A DNA stretch of 64,000 bases from Rhodocyclaceae bacterium (GTDB lineage Bacteria > Pseudomonadota > Gammaproteobacteria > Burkholderiales > Rhodocyclaceae): positions 109,273 through 173,272 of the forward strand of contig JAJVIJ010000013.1 of NCBI GenBank assembly GCA_022072095.1, read 5' to 3'. Both the position numbers and the translations under genes were made by a program. Shown in pieces: positions 20,356-33,688 of this stretch; positions within the stretch are counted from its first letter, which is position 1; each line of letters starts with the position of its first letter. The notes beneath the pieces were generated by a model. That model saw only the letters and a program-made list of their open reading frames with translations, did not search any database and had not been told where the DNA came from.

Positions 20356-21717
20356 ATGAACCCGACGGAATTACGTACCGGTTTGTCGTTGGCGGCGACC
20401 TACGCATTGCGCATGCTCGGCCTGTTCCTGATACTGCCGGTATTCACGCTATATGCGCCGTCGCTGGCGGGCGGCGATGACTTGTCTCTGGTCGGGCTCG
20501 CGCTCGGCATCTATGGACTGACCCAGGGAATTCTGCAGATCCCGTTCGGTATCGCCTCGGACCGGTATGGCCGCAAGCCGGTGATCGCCTTGGGCTTGAT
20601 TCTGTTCGCGGCCGGCAGTTTTCTGGCGGCCGCGGCCAGCACGATAGCAATGATGATCGCGGGGCGCGCGCTGCAAGGAGCCGGAGCGATTTCGTCGGCG
20701 GTGACGGCCTTGGCCGCCGATCTCACCCGTGAAGAACATCGCACGAAAGTCATGGCCATGATCGGCGCCTCGATCGGCCTGATGTTTGCGCTGTCGCTCA
20801 TCATCGCGCCCGGTTTGTACGCCATCATCGGCATGCCCGGTTTGTTCGTGATGACCGGTGTGCTTGCTCTCGCCAACATCGCCCTGATTCGCTGGGGCGT
20901 GCCCGCCCCGCCCGCAGTACCCGCCACCGGCACGGAACCGGTAGCTCAGCCCGTCCCGTTCCGTTCGGTGCTGATGAACCGGGAACTCGCACGCCTGAAC
21001 CTGGGCATCTTTTCCTTGCACCTGGTGCTGATGGCCCTGTTCGTCGTCGTTCCCGGAATCCTTCGTGATACCGGGAATATCCCGCCCCCGGAACACTGGA
21101 AAATCTACCTGCCGGTGCTGATCGTTAGCTTCGCGTTCATGGTCCCGGCCATCGTTGCGGCCGAGCGGCGCGGCGCGATGAAAGCCGTTTTCCTGTCGGC
21201 GATCGCCTTGCTCGCCGTCACCGAAATCGGGCTGATGGTGGCGTCGGCCCACATCGTCGCCGTCGTCGCGTTGCTCGCCGTGTTCTTCGTTGCATTCAAT
21301 GTGCTGGAGGCGACCCTCCCCTCGCTCATCTCGCGTGTCGCACCGGCCAGTGCCAAGGGTGCCGCGATGGGCATCTACAATACGACCCAATCGCTGGGGC
21401 TGGCGCTGGGTGGCTGGCTGGGCGGACTGTTTGCACACCACGGGGGCGTCGATGGCGTGTTTGCCTTCGGTGTCGTGGTGTGCCTGCTTTGGCTGTGGGT
21501 GGCTTGGAGCATGACGGTGCCCACCGTTCTGGCCACACGCGAGTTGCCGATCCCGAGTGGTGTCATCGACCTGGACGGCCTGCGTGCCCAACTGCTCGAA
21601 ATCCCGGGCGTGCGCGAAGCCGTGGTGCTGCCGGATCGGCGCATTGCCTGCCTGAAACTACAACTCGGCCGCTGCGACGAACGGCGATTGCATGAGACTC
21701 TACAAGGAGGAAGGTAA
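20356..21717 (+). CDS. MFS transporter, YajR-like, with a soluble C-terminal (YAM-like) domain
   Basis: Track ORF trimmed to [30 protein letters not shown] (453 aa). MFS motif A is present ([17 protein letters not shown]). About 65 hydrophilic residues follow the last TM helix. Its stop codon shares one base with the ssb ATG. Confidence 0.8.
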   Translation: MNPTELRTGLSLAATYALRMLGLFLILPVFTLYAPSLAGGDDLSLVGLALGIYGLTQGILQIPFGIASDRYGRKPVIALGLILFAAGSFLAAAASTIAMMIAGRALQGAGAISSAVTALAADLTREEHRTKVMAMIGASIGLMFALSLIIAPGLYAIIGMPGLFVMTGVLALANIALIRWGVPAPPAVPATGTEPVAQPVPFRSVLMNRELARLNLGIFSLHLVLMALFVVVPGILRDTGNIPPPEHWKIYLPVLIVSFAFMVPAIVAAERRGAMKAVFLSAIALLAVTEIGLMVASAHIVAVVALLAVFFVAFNVLEATLPSLISRVAPASAKGAAMGIYNTTQSLGLALGGWLGGLFAHHGGVDGVFAFGVVVCLLWLWVAWSMTVPTVLATRELPIPSGVIDLDGLRAQLLEIPGVREAVVLPDRRIACLKLQLGRCDERRLHETLQGGR

Positions 21718-22196
21718 TGGCCTCGATCAACAAAGTCATACTGGTGGGCAATCTGGGGCGCGACCCCGAAACGCGCTACACCCCGGACGGGGCGGCGATC
21801 ACCAACATCTCCGTCGCCACAACCGACAAATGGAAGGACAAGCAGTCCGGAGAATCCAGAGAGGCGACCGAGTGGCACCGTGTGGCCTTCTTCGGCAAGC
21901 TCGCCGAAATTGCCGGCCAGTACTTGAAGAAGGGCTCGCAGGTCTATATAGAAGGTCGCCTCAGAACGCGCAAGTGGCAGGACAAGGACGGGCGCGAGCG
22001 CTACACCACCGAGATCATCGCCGACCAGATGCAGATGCTGGGCGGGCGCCAGGGCATGGGCGAGGCCCCGCCGGACGACGGCGGCGCGGCCTACCCTGCT
22101 GCCAGCAGGTCAGGAGGCCGTCCGGCGGATAGGCCGGCAACGAGCCCGTCTGCGCCCAATCCCTTTGCGGACATGGATGACGACGTGCCGTTTTAA
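21717..22196 (+). CDS. ssb: Single-stranded DNA-binding protein
   Basis: [50 protein letters not shown], with a Gly/Pro-rich linker and the acidic tail DMDDDVPF. Confidence 0.96.
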   Translation: MASINKVILVGNLGRDPETRYTPDGAAITNISVATTDKWKDKQSGESREATEWHRVAFFGKLAEIAGQYLKKGSQVYIEGRLRTRKWQDKDGRERYTTEIIADQMQMLGGRQGMGEAPPDDGGAAYPAASRSGGRPADRPATSPSAPNPFADMDDDVPF

Positions 22197-22298
22197 CGGG
22201 CTGTCAGGTTGGCGTTCGGGGACGGGCTCGGGGCACACCGAGCCTGATCGACAGTCCGCCTACCGCAGTAACTCACCTCTGCTGACTCCCCACCATTC

Positions 22299-23621
22299 AT
22301 GAAAATCACCGTTATCGGTACGGGCTACGTCGGCCTGGTCAGCGGCGCTTGTCTGGCCGAGATGGGCAATGATGTGCTCTGCCTGGACGTCGACGCCGCC
22401 AAGATCCAGGCATTGGAAGCCGGGCGTATCCCCATCCACGAGCCCGGCCTGGATCAGCTCGTGCATCGTAACGCAGCGAGCGGCCGCCTGCATTTCACCA
22501 CCGATGTCGAACGCTCGGTGCATTTCGGCACGATACAGCTCATCGCCGTCGGCACCCCGCCGGACGAGGATGGTTCGGCCGATCTCGGCCACGTGCTCGC
22601 GGCTGCCCGCCACATCGGTCACCACATGACCGACTACAAGCTCATCGTCGACAAGAGCACGGTGCCGGTCGGCACCGCCGATCGGGTGGACGCGGCGATT
22701 GCCGATGCACTGGCCGGGCGTGGCGTAACGATTCCGTATGCGGTCGTCTCCAATCCCGAATTTCTGAAGGAAGGCGCCGCCGTCGACGATTTCATGCGCC
22801 CCGACCGGATCATCGTCGGTGCAGAGGACGAGCGTGCGATCCTGATGATGAAGGCGCTGTACGCGCCGTTTCAGCGCAACCGCGAAAAGCTGCTGATCAT
22901 GGATCGCCGAAGCGCGGAGCTGACCAAGTATGCAGCCAACGCGATGCTGGCGACGCGCATCAGCTTCATGAACGAACTCGCGCTGCTCGCCGAAAAACTG
23001 GGCGCCGATATCGAGCATGTGCGCCAGGGCATCGGCGCCGACCCACGCATCGGTTATCACTTCCTGTATGCAGGCTGTGGCTATGGCGGCTCCTGTTTTC
23101 CCAAGGATGTGCGCGCGCTGATTCGAACCGGTGCCGAACATGAGCAACCGTTGCGGATACTGCGTTCCGTGGAAGAGACGAATGCGGTCCAGAAAACCGT
23201 GCTCATCGACAAGCTGGCTGCACGCTTCGACAACAAGCTCTCGGGTCTCAACATCGCGCTCTGGGGGCTCGCGTTCAAGCCCGACACCGACGACATGCGC
23301 GAGGCACCCAGCCTTTCGATCATCGAAGAACTGTTCAGGCGCGGAGCCTCTGTCACCGCCTACGACCCTGCGGCGATGAATGAGGCGCGGCGCATTTTTC
23401 GCGACGACCCCCGACTTCGTTACGCGGACCGACCGATGCAGGCGCTCGCGGGGGCCGACGCACTGGTGATCGTCACCGAGTGGAAGGAATTCCGCAGCCC
23501 TGATTTCGACGCCATCCGTTCATTGCTCAAGCACCCGGTGATCATCGATGGCCGGAACATGTACGAGCCCGAATTGCCGCGCAGCGCCGGCCTGGAATAC
23601 CACGGCATCGGCCGCAGGTAA
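22299..23621 (+). CDS. ugd: UDP-glucose 6-dehydrogenase
   Basis: 440 aa starting [26 protein letters not shown] (NAD fold). The catalytic context GGSCFPKD is present. Confidence 0.93.
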   Translation: MKITVIGTGYVGLVSGACLAEMGNDVLCLDVDAAKIQALEAGRIPIHEPGLDQLVHRNAASGRLHFTTDVERSVHFGTIQLIAVGTPPDEDGSADLGHVLAAARHIGHHMTDYKLIVDKSTVPVGTADRVDAAIADALAGRGVTIPYAVVSNPEFLKEGAAVDDFMRPDRIIVGAEDERAILMMKALYAPFQRNREKLLIMDRRSAELTKYAANAMLATRISFMNELALLAEKLGADIEHVRQGIGADPRIGYHFLYAGCGYGGSCFPKDVRALIRTGAEHEQPLRILRSVEETNAVQKTVLIDKLAARFDNKLSGLNIALWGLAFKPDTDDMREAPSLSIIEELFRRGASVTAYDPAAMNEARRIFRDDPRLRYADRPMQALAGADALVIVTEWKEFRSPDFDAIRSLLKHPVIIDGRNMYEPELPRSAGLEYHGIGRR

Positions 23622-23673
23622 GGCCTCCGGCCCCGTCGCCACCCGAAGACGCTGAATATGTTTCCGGTCGGCT

Positions 23674-23701
23674 CTTGAAATATCCCGGGATCGCCCGTAT
23701 G
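23674..23701 (+). promoter_or_regulatory. Sigma-32-type heat-shock promoter candidate for groESL
   Basis: CTTGAAA (23674-23680), a 13-nt spacer, then CCCGTATG. The consensus is CTTGAAA-N13-15-CCCCATnT. It sits immediately upstream of the CIRCE element. Confidence 0.45.
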
Positions 23702-23705
23702 ATTG

Positions 23706-23732
23706 TTAGCACTCTCGTCGGTCGAGTGCCAA
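23706..23732. promoter_or_regulatory. CIRCE operator (HrcA binding site)
   Basis: TTAGCACTC-N9-GAGTGCCAA, one mismatch to the consensus TTAGCACTC-N9-GAGTGCTAA, located 94 nt upstream of the groES ATG. Confidence 0.8.
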
Positions 23733-23825
23733 CAACAGATGGTGCTCCCGGCAGCGAAGAGTGCTCACAGCGCCCCGGTGGTTGAGGGGATTGAACGTCG
23801 TTGATTTTCACGAGGAGAGTCATTC

Positions 23826-24116
23826 ATGAAAATCCGCCCTTTGCACGATCGAGTGATCGTCAAGCGCATGGAAGAAGAACGCAAGACCGCATCCGGGATC
23901 GTCATCCCGGACAATGCCGCCGAGAAACCCGACCAAGGTGAAATCCTCGCGGTCGGCAACGGCAAGATCCTTGAAGATGGCAAGGTCCGCCCGCTGGCGG
24001 TCAAAGTCGGCGACCGCATCCTGTTCGGCAAGTATTCCGGACAGACCGTCAAGGTCGAGGGCGAAGAGCTCTTGGTCATGCGTGAAGAAGACATCATGGG
24101 TGTGATCGAGGGCTGA
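23826..24116 (+). CDS. groES: Co-chaperonin GroES
   Basis: 96 aa starting [29 protein letters not shown]. The Shine-Dalgarno sequence GAGGAG lies upstream. Confidence 0.97.
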   Translation: MKIRPLHDRVIVKRMEEERKTASGIVIPDNAAEKPDQGEILAVGNGKILEDGKVRPLAVKVGDRILFGKYSGQTVKVEGEELLVMREEDIMGVIEG

Positions 24117-24145
24117 GCCCCGATCTGGCCGAACCTACCTGTTAG

Positions 24146-25819
<1,674 letters not shown>

Positions 25820-25889
25820 GACCGGGCGACCTTGCACGCTGTGCAAGGTTTGCCGGTCGGGGCTGTCCTAGCCGACCACTGCTATCCAG

Positions 25890-25927
25890 AACCCCGCGTG
25901 CTGCCTGGCCCGCGGGGTTTTTCTTTT
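25890..25927 (+). terminator. Rho-independent terminator after groEL
   Basis: The stem AACCCCGCG / CGCGGGGTT has a 12-nt loop and is followed by TTTTTCTTTT. Confidence 0.72.
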
Positions 25928-26018
25928 GGCTGCTATTGCCCTCACCGACCGCCCTTAACTTTCGGCATCCGACCCGCGTTCGGCCGGACTGCAAACCGGG
26001 CGCATCGAGCACCCCCCT

Positions 26019-26900
26019 ATGTCGTGGGCTCTATTCACTGTTATCGCCGCTGCCGCGCAGACCCTGCGGAATGCGCTGCAGCGCGATCTGACCACCCGCC
26101 TGGGCGTCGGTAGCGCGACCTATGTGCGCTTCCTGTTCGGCTTTCCGTTCGCGCTGATATTTCTCGCGCTGATGCGGGCCATGACCGGCGAAGCCCTGCC
26201 GGCGCTCGCTCCGTCCGTTTGGCCGCCCGTGGTCATCGCCGCGCTGACCCAGATCGGCGCGACCGGTCTGATGCTGCAGGCGATGCGCTCCAGGTCCTTC
26301 GTCGTGACCACCGCCTACATCAAGACCGAGCCTGTCCTTGCGGCCCTGTTCGGTCTGATCTTTCTCGGCGAAACCTTGTCCGTGCCGATGGCCATTGCCA
26401 TCCTGGTCGCGACAGGTGGCGTGGTGATGACTGCCTGGCCGAAATCGGGCCTTCCGGGCGGCGGGCTGGCGGCACTGGTATCGGGCCTGTCGTCGGCAGC
26501 GCTGTTTGCAGTATCGGCCGTCTTCTTCCGCGCCGCCATCCACGCACTCCCCGCCGGCTGCTTTGGCATACGCGCCAGTACCATCCTGGCTCTCGGACTT
26601 TTCTTCCAGTCCGTGGCCTTGACGCTCTACCTTGCCCTCTTCGACCGACCCGGCCTCTGCGCGATCCTGCGCCTCTGGCGTCCTTCACTATCCGCCGGCT
26701 TCATGGGCGCGGCCGCTTCGCAATTCTGGTTCCTCGGATTTGCGCTGGCGACTGCCGGCCAGGTGCGAACGTTGGCACTGATCGAAGTATTCTTCGCGCG
26801 CATCGTCTCCGGCAAGATGTTTTCGGAAAAACCGGCGCCGCGTGAGGCGTTCGGGCTGGTACTCATCGTGCTCGGCGTTGCGCTGCTATTCAATTCATAG
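26019..26900 (+). CDS. DMT superfamily (EamA-like) transporter
   Basis: 293 aa with about 10 predicted TM helices in two repeated EamA-like halves. Confidence 0.78.
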   Translation: MSWALFTVIAAAAQTLRNALQRDLTTRLGVGSATYVRFLFGFPFALIFLALMRAMTGEALPALAPSVWPPVVIAALTQIGATGLMLQAMRSRSFVVTTAYIKTEPVLAALFGLIFLGETLSVPMAIAILVATGGVVMTAWPKSGLPGGGLAALVSGLSSAALFAVSAVFFRAAIHALPAGCFGIRASTILALGLFFQSVALTLYLALFDRPGLCAILRLWRPSLSAGFMGAAASQFWFLGFALATAGQVRTLALIEVFFARIVSGKMFSEKPAPREAFGLVLIVLGVALLFNS

Positions 26901-27063
26901 AGGCAGGCAACGCCATCACGCGACTGACAAGCAAGACAAAGACGCCGTTGCAACACGATCACGTACGATCGTTCATCTCACCGCTCGACCCCGACCGAGG
27001 TTCCGTATCGCATAGGGGCCCGCCCCCGAACCGACTTGGCACGCCCCGCTATAATCACCGGTT

Positions 27064-29706
27064 TTGAATCCGGCAAAAACGATGGAATCGAGCGACCACT
27101 CCCAGCATGCGCCAAGACGCGATTCGGCGAAATACGACCCCATCCGGATCGAGCAGGCTGCGCAACGTCATTGGGATACAAGCGGAACATTCCGCGCGCG
27201 CGAGGCCAAGGATCGCCCCAAGTACTATTGCCTGTCGATGTTCCCTTACCCGTCGGGCAAGCTGCATATGGGGCACGTGCGCAACTACACCATCGGTGAT
27301 GTACTCGCCCGGCATTACCGCATGAAGGGCCATGACGTGCTCCAGCCGATGGGCTGGGATGCATTCGGCCTGCCCGCCGAAAACGCCGCGATGGCGAATG
27401 GCGTACCGCCGGCGCGCTGGACCTACGACAACATTGCCTACATGCGCAAGCAGTTGAAGGCGCTCGGCTTCGCCATCGACTGGGAGCGCGAACTCGCCAC
27501 CTGTGAACCGACCTATTACAAATGGAACCAATGGTTGTTCCTGCGCATGCTGGAACGCGGCTTGGCCTACAAGAAATCCGGAACGGTGAACTGGGATCCG
27601 GTCGATCAGACCGTGCTTGCCAATGAGCAGGTGATCGAGGGTCGGGGCTGGCGCACCGGAGCCCCGGTCGAGAAGCGCGACATCCCAATGTACTATCTCG
27701 CGATCACCCGCTACGCCGAGGAGCTGCTTGCGGACCTGGACAAGCTGCCGGGCTGGCCTGAGCGCGTGAAGACAATGCAGGCCAACTGGATTGGAAAGTC
27801 GTTCGGCGTGCGTTTTGCATTTCCCTACGAGCTGGATGGCCAGTCCGACAGACTCTGGGTGTTCACCACGCGCGCCGACACGATCATGGGCGTAACCTTC
27901 TGTGCCCTCGCTGCCGAGCACCCGCTCGCCGAGCGCGCTGCCCGCGACAACCCTTCCCTCTCGGCATTCATCGAGGAGTGCAAGCACGGCAGCGTCATGG
28001 AAGCCGACCTGGCGACGATGGAAAAAAAGGGGATGCCGACCGGATTTTCGGTTCGCCATCCACTGACCGGGGAAACAATTCCGGTCTGGGTCGCCAATTA
28101 CGTGCTCATGAGCTATGGCGACGGCGCCGTGATGGCCGTTCCGGCCCACGATGAGCGCGACTTTCATTTCGCGCGCTCGCACCAGCTGCCGATCAAGCCG
28201 GTAATTGCCATCGACGGTGTGCCGTTTTCCGACCAGGTCTGGCAGGATGAATACGCCGACAAGCTACATGGTCGCTGTGTCAATTCCGGCAAATATGATG
28301 GCCTGGCCTTTGCCGAGGCGGTGGACGCGGTCGCCAAGGATCTGGAGGCGCTCGGGCTAGGCGAAAAGCGTGTGCAATGGCGACTACGCGATTGGGGCAT
28401 ATCGCGCCAGCGCTATTGGGGTTGTCCGATCCCTATCATCCACTGCCCGAAGTGTGGGGACGTGCCGGTACCGGAGAAGGATCTACCCGTAGTCCTGCCT
28501 GAGGACTGCGTCCCGGACGGTTCCGGCAACCCGCTCGCGAAGCGTGCGGATTTCGTGCACTGCGCGTGTCCGAAGTGTGGGCAGGCGGCGCGGCGCGAGA
28601 CCGACACGATGGACACCTTCGTGGACTCCTCGTGGTATTACGCACGCTATGCCTGCCCGGATCTGGCCGCAGCCATGGTCGACTGGCGGGCGCAGCACTG
28701 GCTGCCGGTCGACCAGTACATCGGCGGTATCGAACACGCGATCCTGCACCTGCTCTATTCGCGCTTCTGGACCAAGGTCATGCGCGACCTGGGTCTGGTC
28801 ACATGCAGCGAACCCTTCACACGCCTGCTGACCCAGGGCATGGTGTTGAACCACATCTTTTCCCGGCGCAACGCGCGCGGCGGCAACGAATACTTCTCTC
28901 CCGACGAAGTGGACCTCACGCATGATGCCCACGGCAAGATAACCGGCGCTGTCGCCCGATCAGATGGCCGGCCCGTACTCTACGAGGGGGTGGGCACGAT
29001 GTCGAAGTCCAAGCGCAACGGCGTCGACCCGCAGGCACTGATCGATCGCTACGGTGCGGACACGGCGCGTTTTTTCATGATCTTCGCGAGCCACCCCGAG
29101 CAGACGCTGGAATGGTCTGACAGCGGCGTGGACGGTGCGCACCGGTTTCTGAAACGTTTATGGGCGTATGGCCTGCGCCATGTCGAGTTGGCTACGCTAG
29201 CCGTAGCGCCGGAGACGTCTGCCGACCGAAGCGCACGGCGCGAGTTGCACAAGCTCTTGAAGCAGGCGAACTACGACTTCGAACGCGTGCAGTTCAACAC
29301 CGTCGCCGCGGCCTGCATGAAAATGCTGAATCTGCTCGAAGAGCATCCACATACGCTCGAAACACGCCCCTTCACCGATGAAGCGCTATCGATCCTGCTG
29401 CGCCTGCTGTCCCCGATCTGCCCGCATGTCTGCCACGAACTGTGGCGGCTCGCAGGCTTCGGGGAGGATATCGTCGACGCCCCATGGCCGCTGCACGATG
29501 ACTCGGCATTGCTTGCAGACGAGATCGAACTCGTGTTGCAGATCAACGGCAAGCTGCGCGGCAGTCTGCGCGTCTCGGCCAACGCCGACCGCGCGAGCAT
29601 CGAAGCCTGTGCGCTGGCCAGTGACCCGGCACAGCGTCATCTCGCCGGCCGCGCCCCAAAGAAGGTCATCGTGGTCCCCGGCCGGCTGGTCAATGTGGTG
29701 GCCTGA
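27064..29706 (+). CDS. leuS: Leucine--tRNA ligase
   Basis: 880 aa with HIGH-type ([15 protein letters not shown]) and KMSKS (TMSKSKRN) motifs. An alternative start at 27082 (MESSD..) cannot be excluded. Confidence 0.95.
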   Translation: MNPAKTMESSDHSQHAPRRDSAKYDPIRIEQAAQRHWDTSGTFRAREAKDRPKYYCLSMFPYPSGKLHMGHVRNYTIGDVLARHYRMKGHDVLQPMGWDAFGLPAENAAMANGVPPARWTYDNIAYMRKQLKALGFAIDWERELATCEPTYYKWNQWLFLRMLERGLAYKKSGTVNWDPVDQTVLANEQVIEGRGWRTGAPVEKRDIPMYYLAITRYAEELLADLDKLPGWPERVKTMQANWIGKSFGVRFAFPYELDGQSDRLWVFTTRADTIMGVTFCALAAEHPLAERAARDNPSLSAFIEECKHGSVMEADLATMEKKGMPTGFSVRHPLTGETIPVWVANYVLMSYGDGAVMAVPAHDERDFHFARSHQLPIKPVIAIDGVPFSDQVWQDEYADKLHGRCVNSGKYDGLAFAEAVDAVAKDLEALGLGEKRVQWRLRDWGISRQRYWGCPIPIIHCPKCGDVPVPEKDLPVVLPEDCVPDGSGNPLAKRADFVHCACPKCGQAARRETDTMDTFVDSSWYYARYACPDLAAAMVDWRAQHWLPVDQYIGGIEHAILHLLYSRFWTKVMRDLGLVTCSEPFTRLLTQGMVLNHIFSRRNARGGNEYFSPDEVDLTHDAHGKITGAVARSDGRPVLYEGVGTMSKSKRNGVDPQALIDRYGADTARFFMIFASHPEQTLEWSDSGVDGAHRFLKRLWAYGLRHVELATLAVAPETSADRSARRELHKLLKQANYDFERVQFNTVAAACMKMLNLLEEHPHTLETRPFTDEALSILLRLLSPICPHVCHELWRLAGFGEDIVDAPWPLHDDSALLADEIELVLQINGKLRGSLRVSANADRASIEACALASDPAQRHLAGRAPKKVIVVPGRLVNVVA

Positions 29707-29707
29707 C

Positions 29708-30211
29708 ATGAGTCGTCTGGCTGCCCATGCGCTCGCGTTGATCGTCGTCCCGCTGCTGCTTGCCGGTTGCGGCTTCCATCTGCGCAGCCCGCAACCCCTG
29801 CCATTCGCAACGCTCTATGTGGCGGCGCCGGAAACGTCCGAATTCGCCATCCAGCTGAAGCGCCAGCTGCGCACGCTGGGCTCTACCCGCGTCGTCGATC
29901 GCGCGCCGGAGGCCGAGGCGACATTGAGTCTGGTTTCGGAGGCCCGCGAGAAGATCATCCTCAGCGTCAATGCCGAGGGGCTGGTACGGGAGTTCCGTCT
30001 GGGACAAAGGGTGACGCTGCGGCTGACCGATGCCAAAGGCAACGAGTTGATGCCCGCAATCCCGCTCCAGGTCACCCGGGATATCAGTTTCAACGACTCA
30101 CAGGTGCTAGCCAAGGATCAGGAAGAGCAGCTGCTGTTTCGCGACATGCAAAACGACCTGATCCAGCAGTCCTTGCGTCGGCTGGCTGCCGTGCGCGCCG
30201 GCGCGCGTTGA
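29708..30211 (+). CDS. lptE: LPS-assembly lipoprotein LptE
   Basis: Track ORF trimmed to MSRLAAHALALIVVPLLLAGCGFHLRS (lipobox LAGC). Its position fits the conserved leuS-lptE-holA order. Confidence 0.82.
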   Translation: MSRLAAHALALIVVPLLLAGCGFHLRSPQPLPFATLYVAAPETSEFAIQLKRQLRTLGSTRVVDRAPEAEATLSLVSEAREKIILSVNAEGLVREFRLGQRVTLRLTDAKGNELMPAIPLQVTRDISFNDSQVLAKDQEEQLLFRDMQNDLIQQSLRRLAAVRAGAR

Positions 30212-30220
30212 TCGATCGCG

Positions 30221-31240
30221 ATGCCGGCCCTACGCGCCGCAGCGCTAGCCGGGCAGCTCGCGCGCGAGTTGGCACCCCTGTATGTGTTGCATGGGGCAGC
30301 GGCACTGCTCATCGTCGAAGCGGGGGACGCGATTCGCGCCGCCGCGCGCGCAGCCGGATTCACCGAGCGCGAGGTTCTGGTCGCAGGCGCTCATTTCGAC
30401 TGGGGCCGGCTTGAGGAAGCCTGCGCGAATCTTTCGCTGTTTGGCGGCGACAAGCTGGTCGAACTGCGCATCCCCACCGGCAAGCCCGGACGGGATGGCG
30501 CAGCCAGACTTTCAGCCTTTGCAGCCACGCTGCCACGCGGTGTCGTCGTGCTCATCGAACTGCCGGAGCTGGACTGGTCGACACAGAAATCCGCCTGGTT
30601 CCAGGCGCTGGTCGCAATGGGCATGGTCGTTGAATGTTCGAACCCGGCCCCGTCAGCGCTCCCCGACTGGATCGCGGAACGCGCCGCGCGCAACAGGCAA
30701 GTGCTGTCCGCCGAAGCACTGCAATTCATCGCCGAACGCATCGAAGGCAATCTGCTCGCAGCGCATCAGGAAGTCGAAAAACTTGCGCTGATTTACCCGG
30801 CGGGCGCGCTGGGACTGGCCGAGGTTCGCGCGGCGGTGGCCGACCTTGCACGTTACGATGCGGACGATCTGCGTGCGGCCTGGCTCGCCCGCGATAGCGG
30901 CCGCTGCCTGCGTCTGCTCGACGCCCTGCGTGCCGGCGGCGAAGCATTGCCTTACCTGCTGTGGGCGCTGACGCAGGAGCTGACCATCCTGGCGCAAGCA
31001 CGCGAGGCCATGGACCACGGACAAGGTGCCGACGAGGTACTTGCTCGCAACAGGGTGTTCGGTTCGCGGCAAAATGTCTATCGCTCGGCTCTGCGACACT
31101 ACAACACCACGCTGCTGTACCGCGCCTTGGCGCAGGCCGCGCAGATCGACCGTATGATCAAGGGCGTCGCCGACGGCGACGCCTGGCTTGCGCTGCAACG
31201 ATTGAGTCTGGCATTGTGTACCGTCGGAGAATCCCGATGA
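30221..31240 (+). CDS. holA: DNA polymerase III subunit delta
   Basis: 339 aa. The call rests on position after lptE, the length, and N-terminal similarity to the family (..LYVLHG...[11 protein letters not shown]). Confidence 0.85.
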   Translation: MPALRAAALAGQLARELAPLYVLHGAAALLIVEAGDAIRAAARAAGFTEREVLVAGAHFDWGRLEEACANLSLFGGDKLVELRIPTGKPGRDGAARLSAFAATLPRGVVVLIELPELDWSTQKSAWFQALVAMGMVVECSNPAPSALPDWIAERAARNRQVLSAEALQFIAERIEGNLLAAHQEVEKLALIYPAGALGLAEVRAAVADLARYDADDLRAAWLARDSGRCLRLLDALRAGGEALPYLLWALTQELTILAQAREAMDHGQGADEVLARNRVFGSRQNVYRSALRHYNTTLLYRALAQAAQIDRMIKGVADGDAWLALQRLSLALCTVGESR

Positions 31241-32559
31241 CTGCCCAACACCCGCTTTCTTCATCCCGCATCGCTGGCGACGAACTCGCGCAGCGCATGC
31301 GCACGCTTGGCGCCGCAGCGCGTGCCGCGTCGGCGGAGCTTGCACGGGCCTCGACGCGCGTGAAAAACCACGCCTTGCTGGCGATCGCCGCGTCGCTGCG
31401 CGCACGCGGCGGCGAACTGCTCACCGAGAATGCGCGCGACCTCGACGCTGCCCGCTCGACCGGGCTCGAAGAGCCCATGATCGACCGACTGCGCCTCAGC
31501 GAAAAGTCGATCGAGGCCATGGCCGATGGGCTCGAGCAGGTGGCCGCGCTGCCCGACCCGGTGGGCGAGATCAGCGACTGCAAGCGCCGCGAAAGCGGCA
31601 TCGTCGTCGGCCGCATGCGTGTACCGCTGGGCGTGGTTGGCATCATTTACGAATCGCGACCGAACGTGACCGCCGATGCCGCCGCTCTGTGCCTCAAGTC
31701 CGGCAACGCCTGCATCCTGCGCGGTGGTTCGGAGGCGCTGCACAGCAATCAGGCCATCGCCATCAGCGTGCGCGCCGGGCTGGCCGAAGCCGGGCTGCCA
31801 GCCGCGGCGGTACAGGTGCTCGCGACCACCGACCGCGCAGCGGTCGGTCACCTAGTGGCCATGCCGGAATACGTGGACGTGATCGTCCCGCGCGGAGGCA
31901 AGGGCCTGATCGAGCGCATCAGCCGCGAGGCGCGCGTGCCGGTGATCAAGCATCTGGACGGCAATTGTCATGTGTACCTGGACGACAGCGCGGATGCGAC
32001 ACGCGCCCTCGCCATCGTGCTCAACGCCAAGACGCAACGTTACGGTGTCTGCAACGCGGCCGAATCCCTGCTCGTCGCCCGATCGGCCGCTGGCCGGCTG
32101 CTGCCCGACATCGCCCGACAGCTCGCCGGGATGGGCGTCGAATTGCGTTGTTGCGCCGATACACTGGAGCTGCTGCGACAATCGGCGGTCGACGCCCGCC
32201 TGCTGAAACCGGCCACCGAGGCCGATTGGTATGAGGAATATCTGGCGCCGATCCTGGCGGTCCGGATCGTAGACGGCATCGACCAGGCGATCGCCCACAT
32301 CAATCACTACTCGTCACACCATACCGATGCCATTGTCACCGACTCGCACGAGCACGCAATGCGCTTTCTGCGCGAGGTGGATTCCAGCTCGGTGATGATC
32401 AACGCCTCGACCCGCTTCGCCGATGGGTTCGAATATGGACTGGGCGCCGAAATCGGCATCTCGACCGACAAGTTCCACGCGCGCGGTCCCGTCGGCCTTG
32501 AAGGACTGACCAGCCAGAAGTGGGTCGTGTTCGGTAATGGCGAGGTGCGCGGAGGCTGA
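31237..32559 (+). CDS. proA: Glutamate-5-semialdehyde dehydrogenase
   Basis: Track ORF trimmed to the ATG at 31237, which overlaps the holA stop as ATGA. Aldehyde dehydrogenase-type motifs are present, including [10 protein letters not shown]. Confidence 0.94.
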   Translation: MTAQHPLSSSRIAGDELAQRMRTLGAAARAASAELARASTRVKNHALLAIAASLRARGGELLTENARDLDAARSTGLEEPMIDRLRLSEKSIEAMADGLEQVAALPDPVGEISDCKRRESGIVVGRMRVPLGVVGIIYESRPNVTADAAALCLKSGNACILRGGSEALHSNQAIAISVRAGLAEAGLPAAAVQVLATTDRAAVGHLVAMPEYVDVIVPRGGKGLIERISREARVPVIKHLDGNCHVYLDDSADATRALAIVLNAKTQRYGVCNAAESLLVARSAAGRLLPDIARQLAGMGVELRCCADTLELLRQSAVDARLLKPATEADWYEEYLAPILAVRIVDGIDQAIAHINHYSSHHTDAIVTDSHEHAMRFLREVDSSSVMINASTRFADGFEYGLGAEIGISTDKFHARGPVGLEGLTSQKWVVFGNGEVRGG

Positions 32560-32566
32560 GCCGGTC

Positions 32567-33688
32567 TCAGTCTTCGCCAACCGAAAACAGCCGGCGATGC
32601 TCGCGGATGGCGTAGCGGTCTGTCATGCCGGCGATGTAATCAGCCACCGCGCGGGGAGTATCCCGGAGCGCCCGCGCCTGATACTGCGGCGGTAGCAGAC
32701 GCGGCTCGGCACTGAAGGCCTGGAACAGATCGGTAACGATACGACGGGCCTTCGCGGTCATGCGCAGCACCTGGTAGTGTCGGTACAGGTTGTCGCGCAG
32801 AAAGCGCTTCAAGGCCCGGCTTTGCGTGCCGATGGCCATGCTGAAACCCGGGAGTGGTGATCCGCCACGGACATCATCCACGGACTGCGGAGCCAGATCA
32901 TCCAGCCACCGTCGGGTTTCTCCGATCAGATCGGTGACCAAGGTATCGATCATGCGCCGTATCGTCTCGTGGATCAGTCTCCGACCGGACAAACCGGGGT
33001 GGCGCACACACACCATCTCGGCATGGACCGCATACAGTTCGATACCTTCCAGCTGTTCCAGCGTCAGCAAACCGGAGCGCAGACCATCGTCGACATCATG
33101 ATTGTTGTACGCGATCTCGTCGGCGATATTGCATAACTGCGCCTCGAGTGACGGCTGTGTGGCGTCGACAAAACGCCGCCCGACGTCGCCTAGCGTCCGC
33201 GCCGTCGCGATCGCGCAGTGTTTGAGTATGCCTTCACGGGTCTCGAAACAAAGATTCAGGCCGTCGAACTCTGCATACCGTTCTTCCAGCAGGTCTACGG
33301 TTCGTAACGATTGCAGGTTGTGCTCGAAACCGCCATGCGCGCGCATGCAGTCGTCCAGCGCGTCCTGGCCGGCATGACCGAACGGCGTGTGCCCGAGGTC
33401 GTGCGCAAGCGCGATAGCCTCGACCAGATCCTCGTTCAGCGACAGCGCACGTGCCAGCGAACGCGCGATCTGCGCCACCTCCAGACTGTGCGTGAGCCGC
33501 GTGCGGAAAAGGTCGCCTTCATGATTGACGAACACCTGGGTTTTGTACTCGAGCCGCCGAAACGCCGTCGAGTGCACGATGCGATCGCGGTCACGCTGGA
33601 ACTCGCTGCGCAGCCGCGGAGCCGGTTCCTGAAACAGGCGCCCACGGGAATAGTCTGCGCTGACGGCGTAACAAGCCAGCTCAGCCAT
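32567..33688 (-). CDS. dgt: dGTP triphosphohydrolase-like HD-domain protein
   Basis: Track ORF trimmed to [46 protein letters not shown]...[10 protein letters not shown]. Confidence 0.9.
   Translation of the reverse strand: MAELACYAVSADYSRGRLFQEPAPRLRSEFQRDRDRIVHSTAFRRLEYKTQVFVNHEGDLFRTRLTHSLEVAQIARSLARALSLNEDLVEAIALAHDLGHTPFGHAGQDALDDCMRAHGGFEHNLQSLRTVDLLEERYAEFDGLNLCFETREGILKHCAIATARTLGDVGRRFVDATQPSLEAQLCNIADEIAYNNHDVDDGLRSGLLTLEQLEGIELYAVHAEMVCVRHPGLSGRRLIHETIRRMIDTLVTDLIGETRRWLDDLAPQSVDDVRGGSPLPGFSMAIGTQSRALKRFLRDNLYRHYQVLRMTAKARRIVTDLFQAFSAEPRLLPPQYQARALRDTPRAVADYIAGMTDRYAIREHRRLFSVGED

Noticed and set aside
25829-25849. Hairpin ACCTTGCAC-GCT-GTGCAAGGT 10 nt after the groEL stop.
   Set aside because: It is a good stem but has no following U-tract. 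The downstream hairpin at 25890-25927 has the full terminator architecture and was annotated instead. This one may be an RNA-stability element.
27044-27055. TATAAT-like box (GCTATAAT) just upstream of leuS.
   Set aside because: No recognisable -35 lies at the proper spacing. It would also make the 27064 start leaderless. It is noted only because it adds to the uncertainty between the 27064 and 27082 start codons.
27055-28182. 375-aa minus-strand ORF, together with similar long antisense ORFs at 2185..3282, 17648..18736, 18743..19771, 20449..21591, 22260..23147, 36386..37606, 44052..44951, 48240..49229, 53184..54251 and 58573..59748.
   Set aside because: All lie opposite strongly supported genes (leuS, lepA, uvrA, MFS, ugd, pilQ, lysA, gltB, GT2, hydratase) and show shadow-frame composition. 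High GC suppresses stop codons on the antisense strand.
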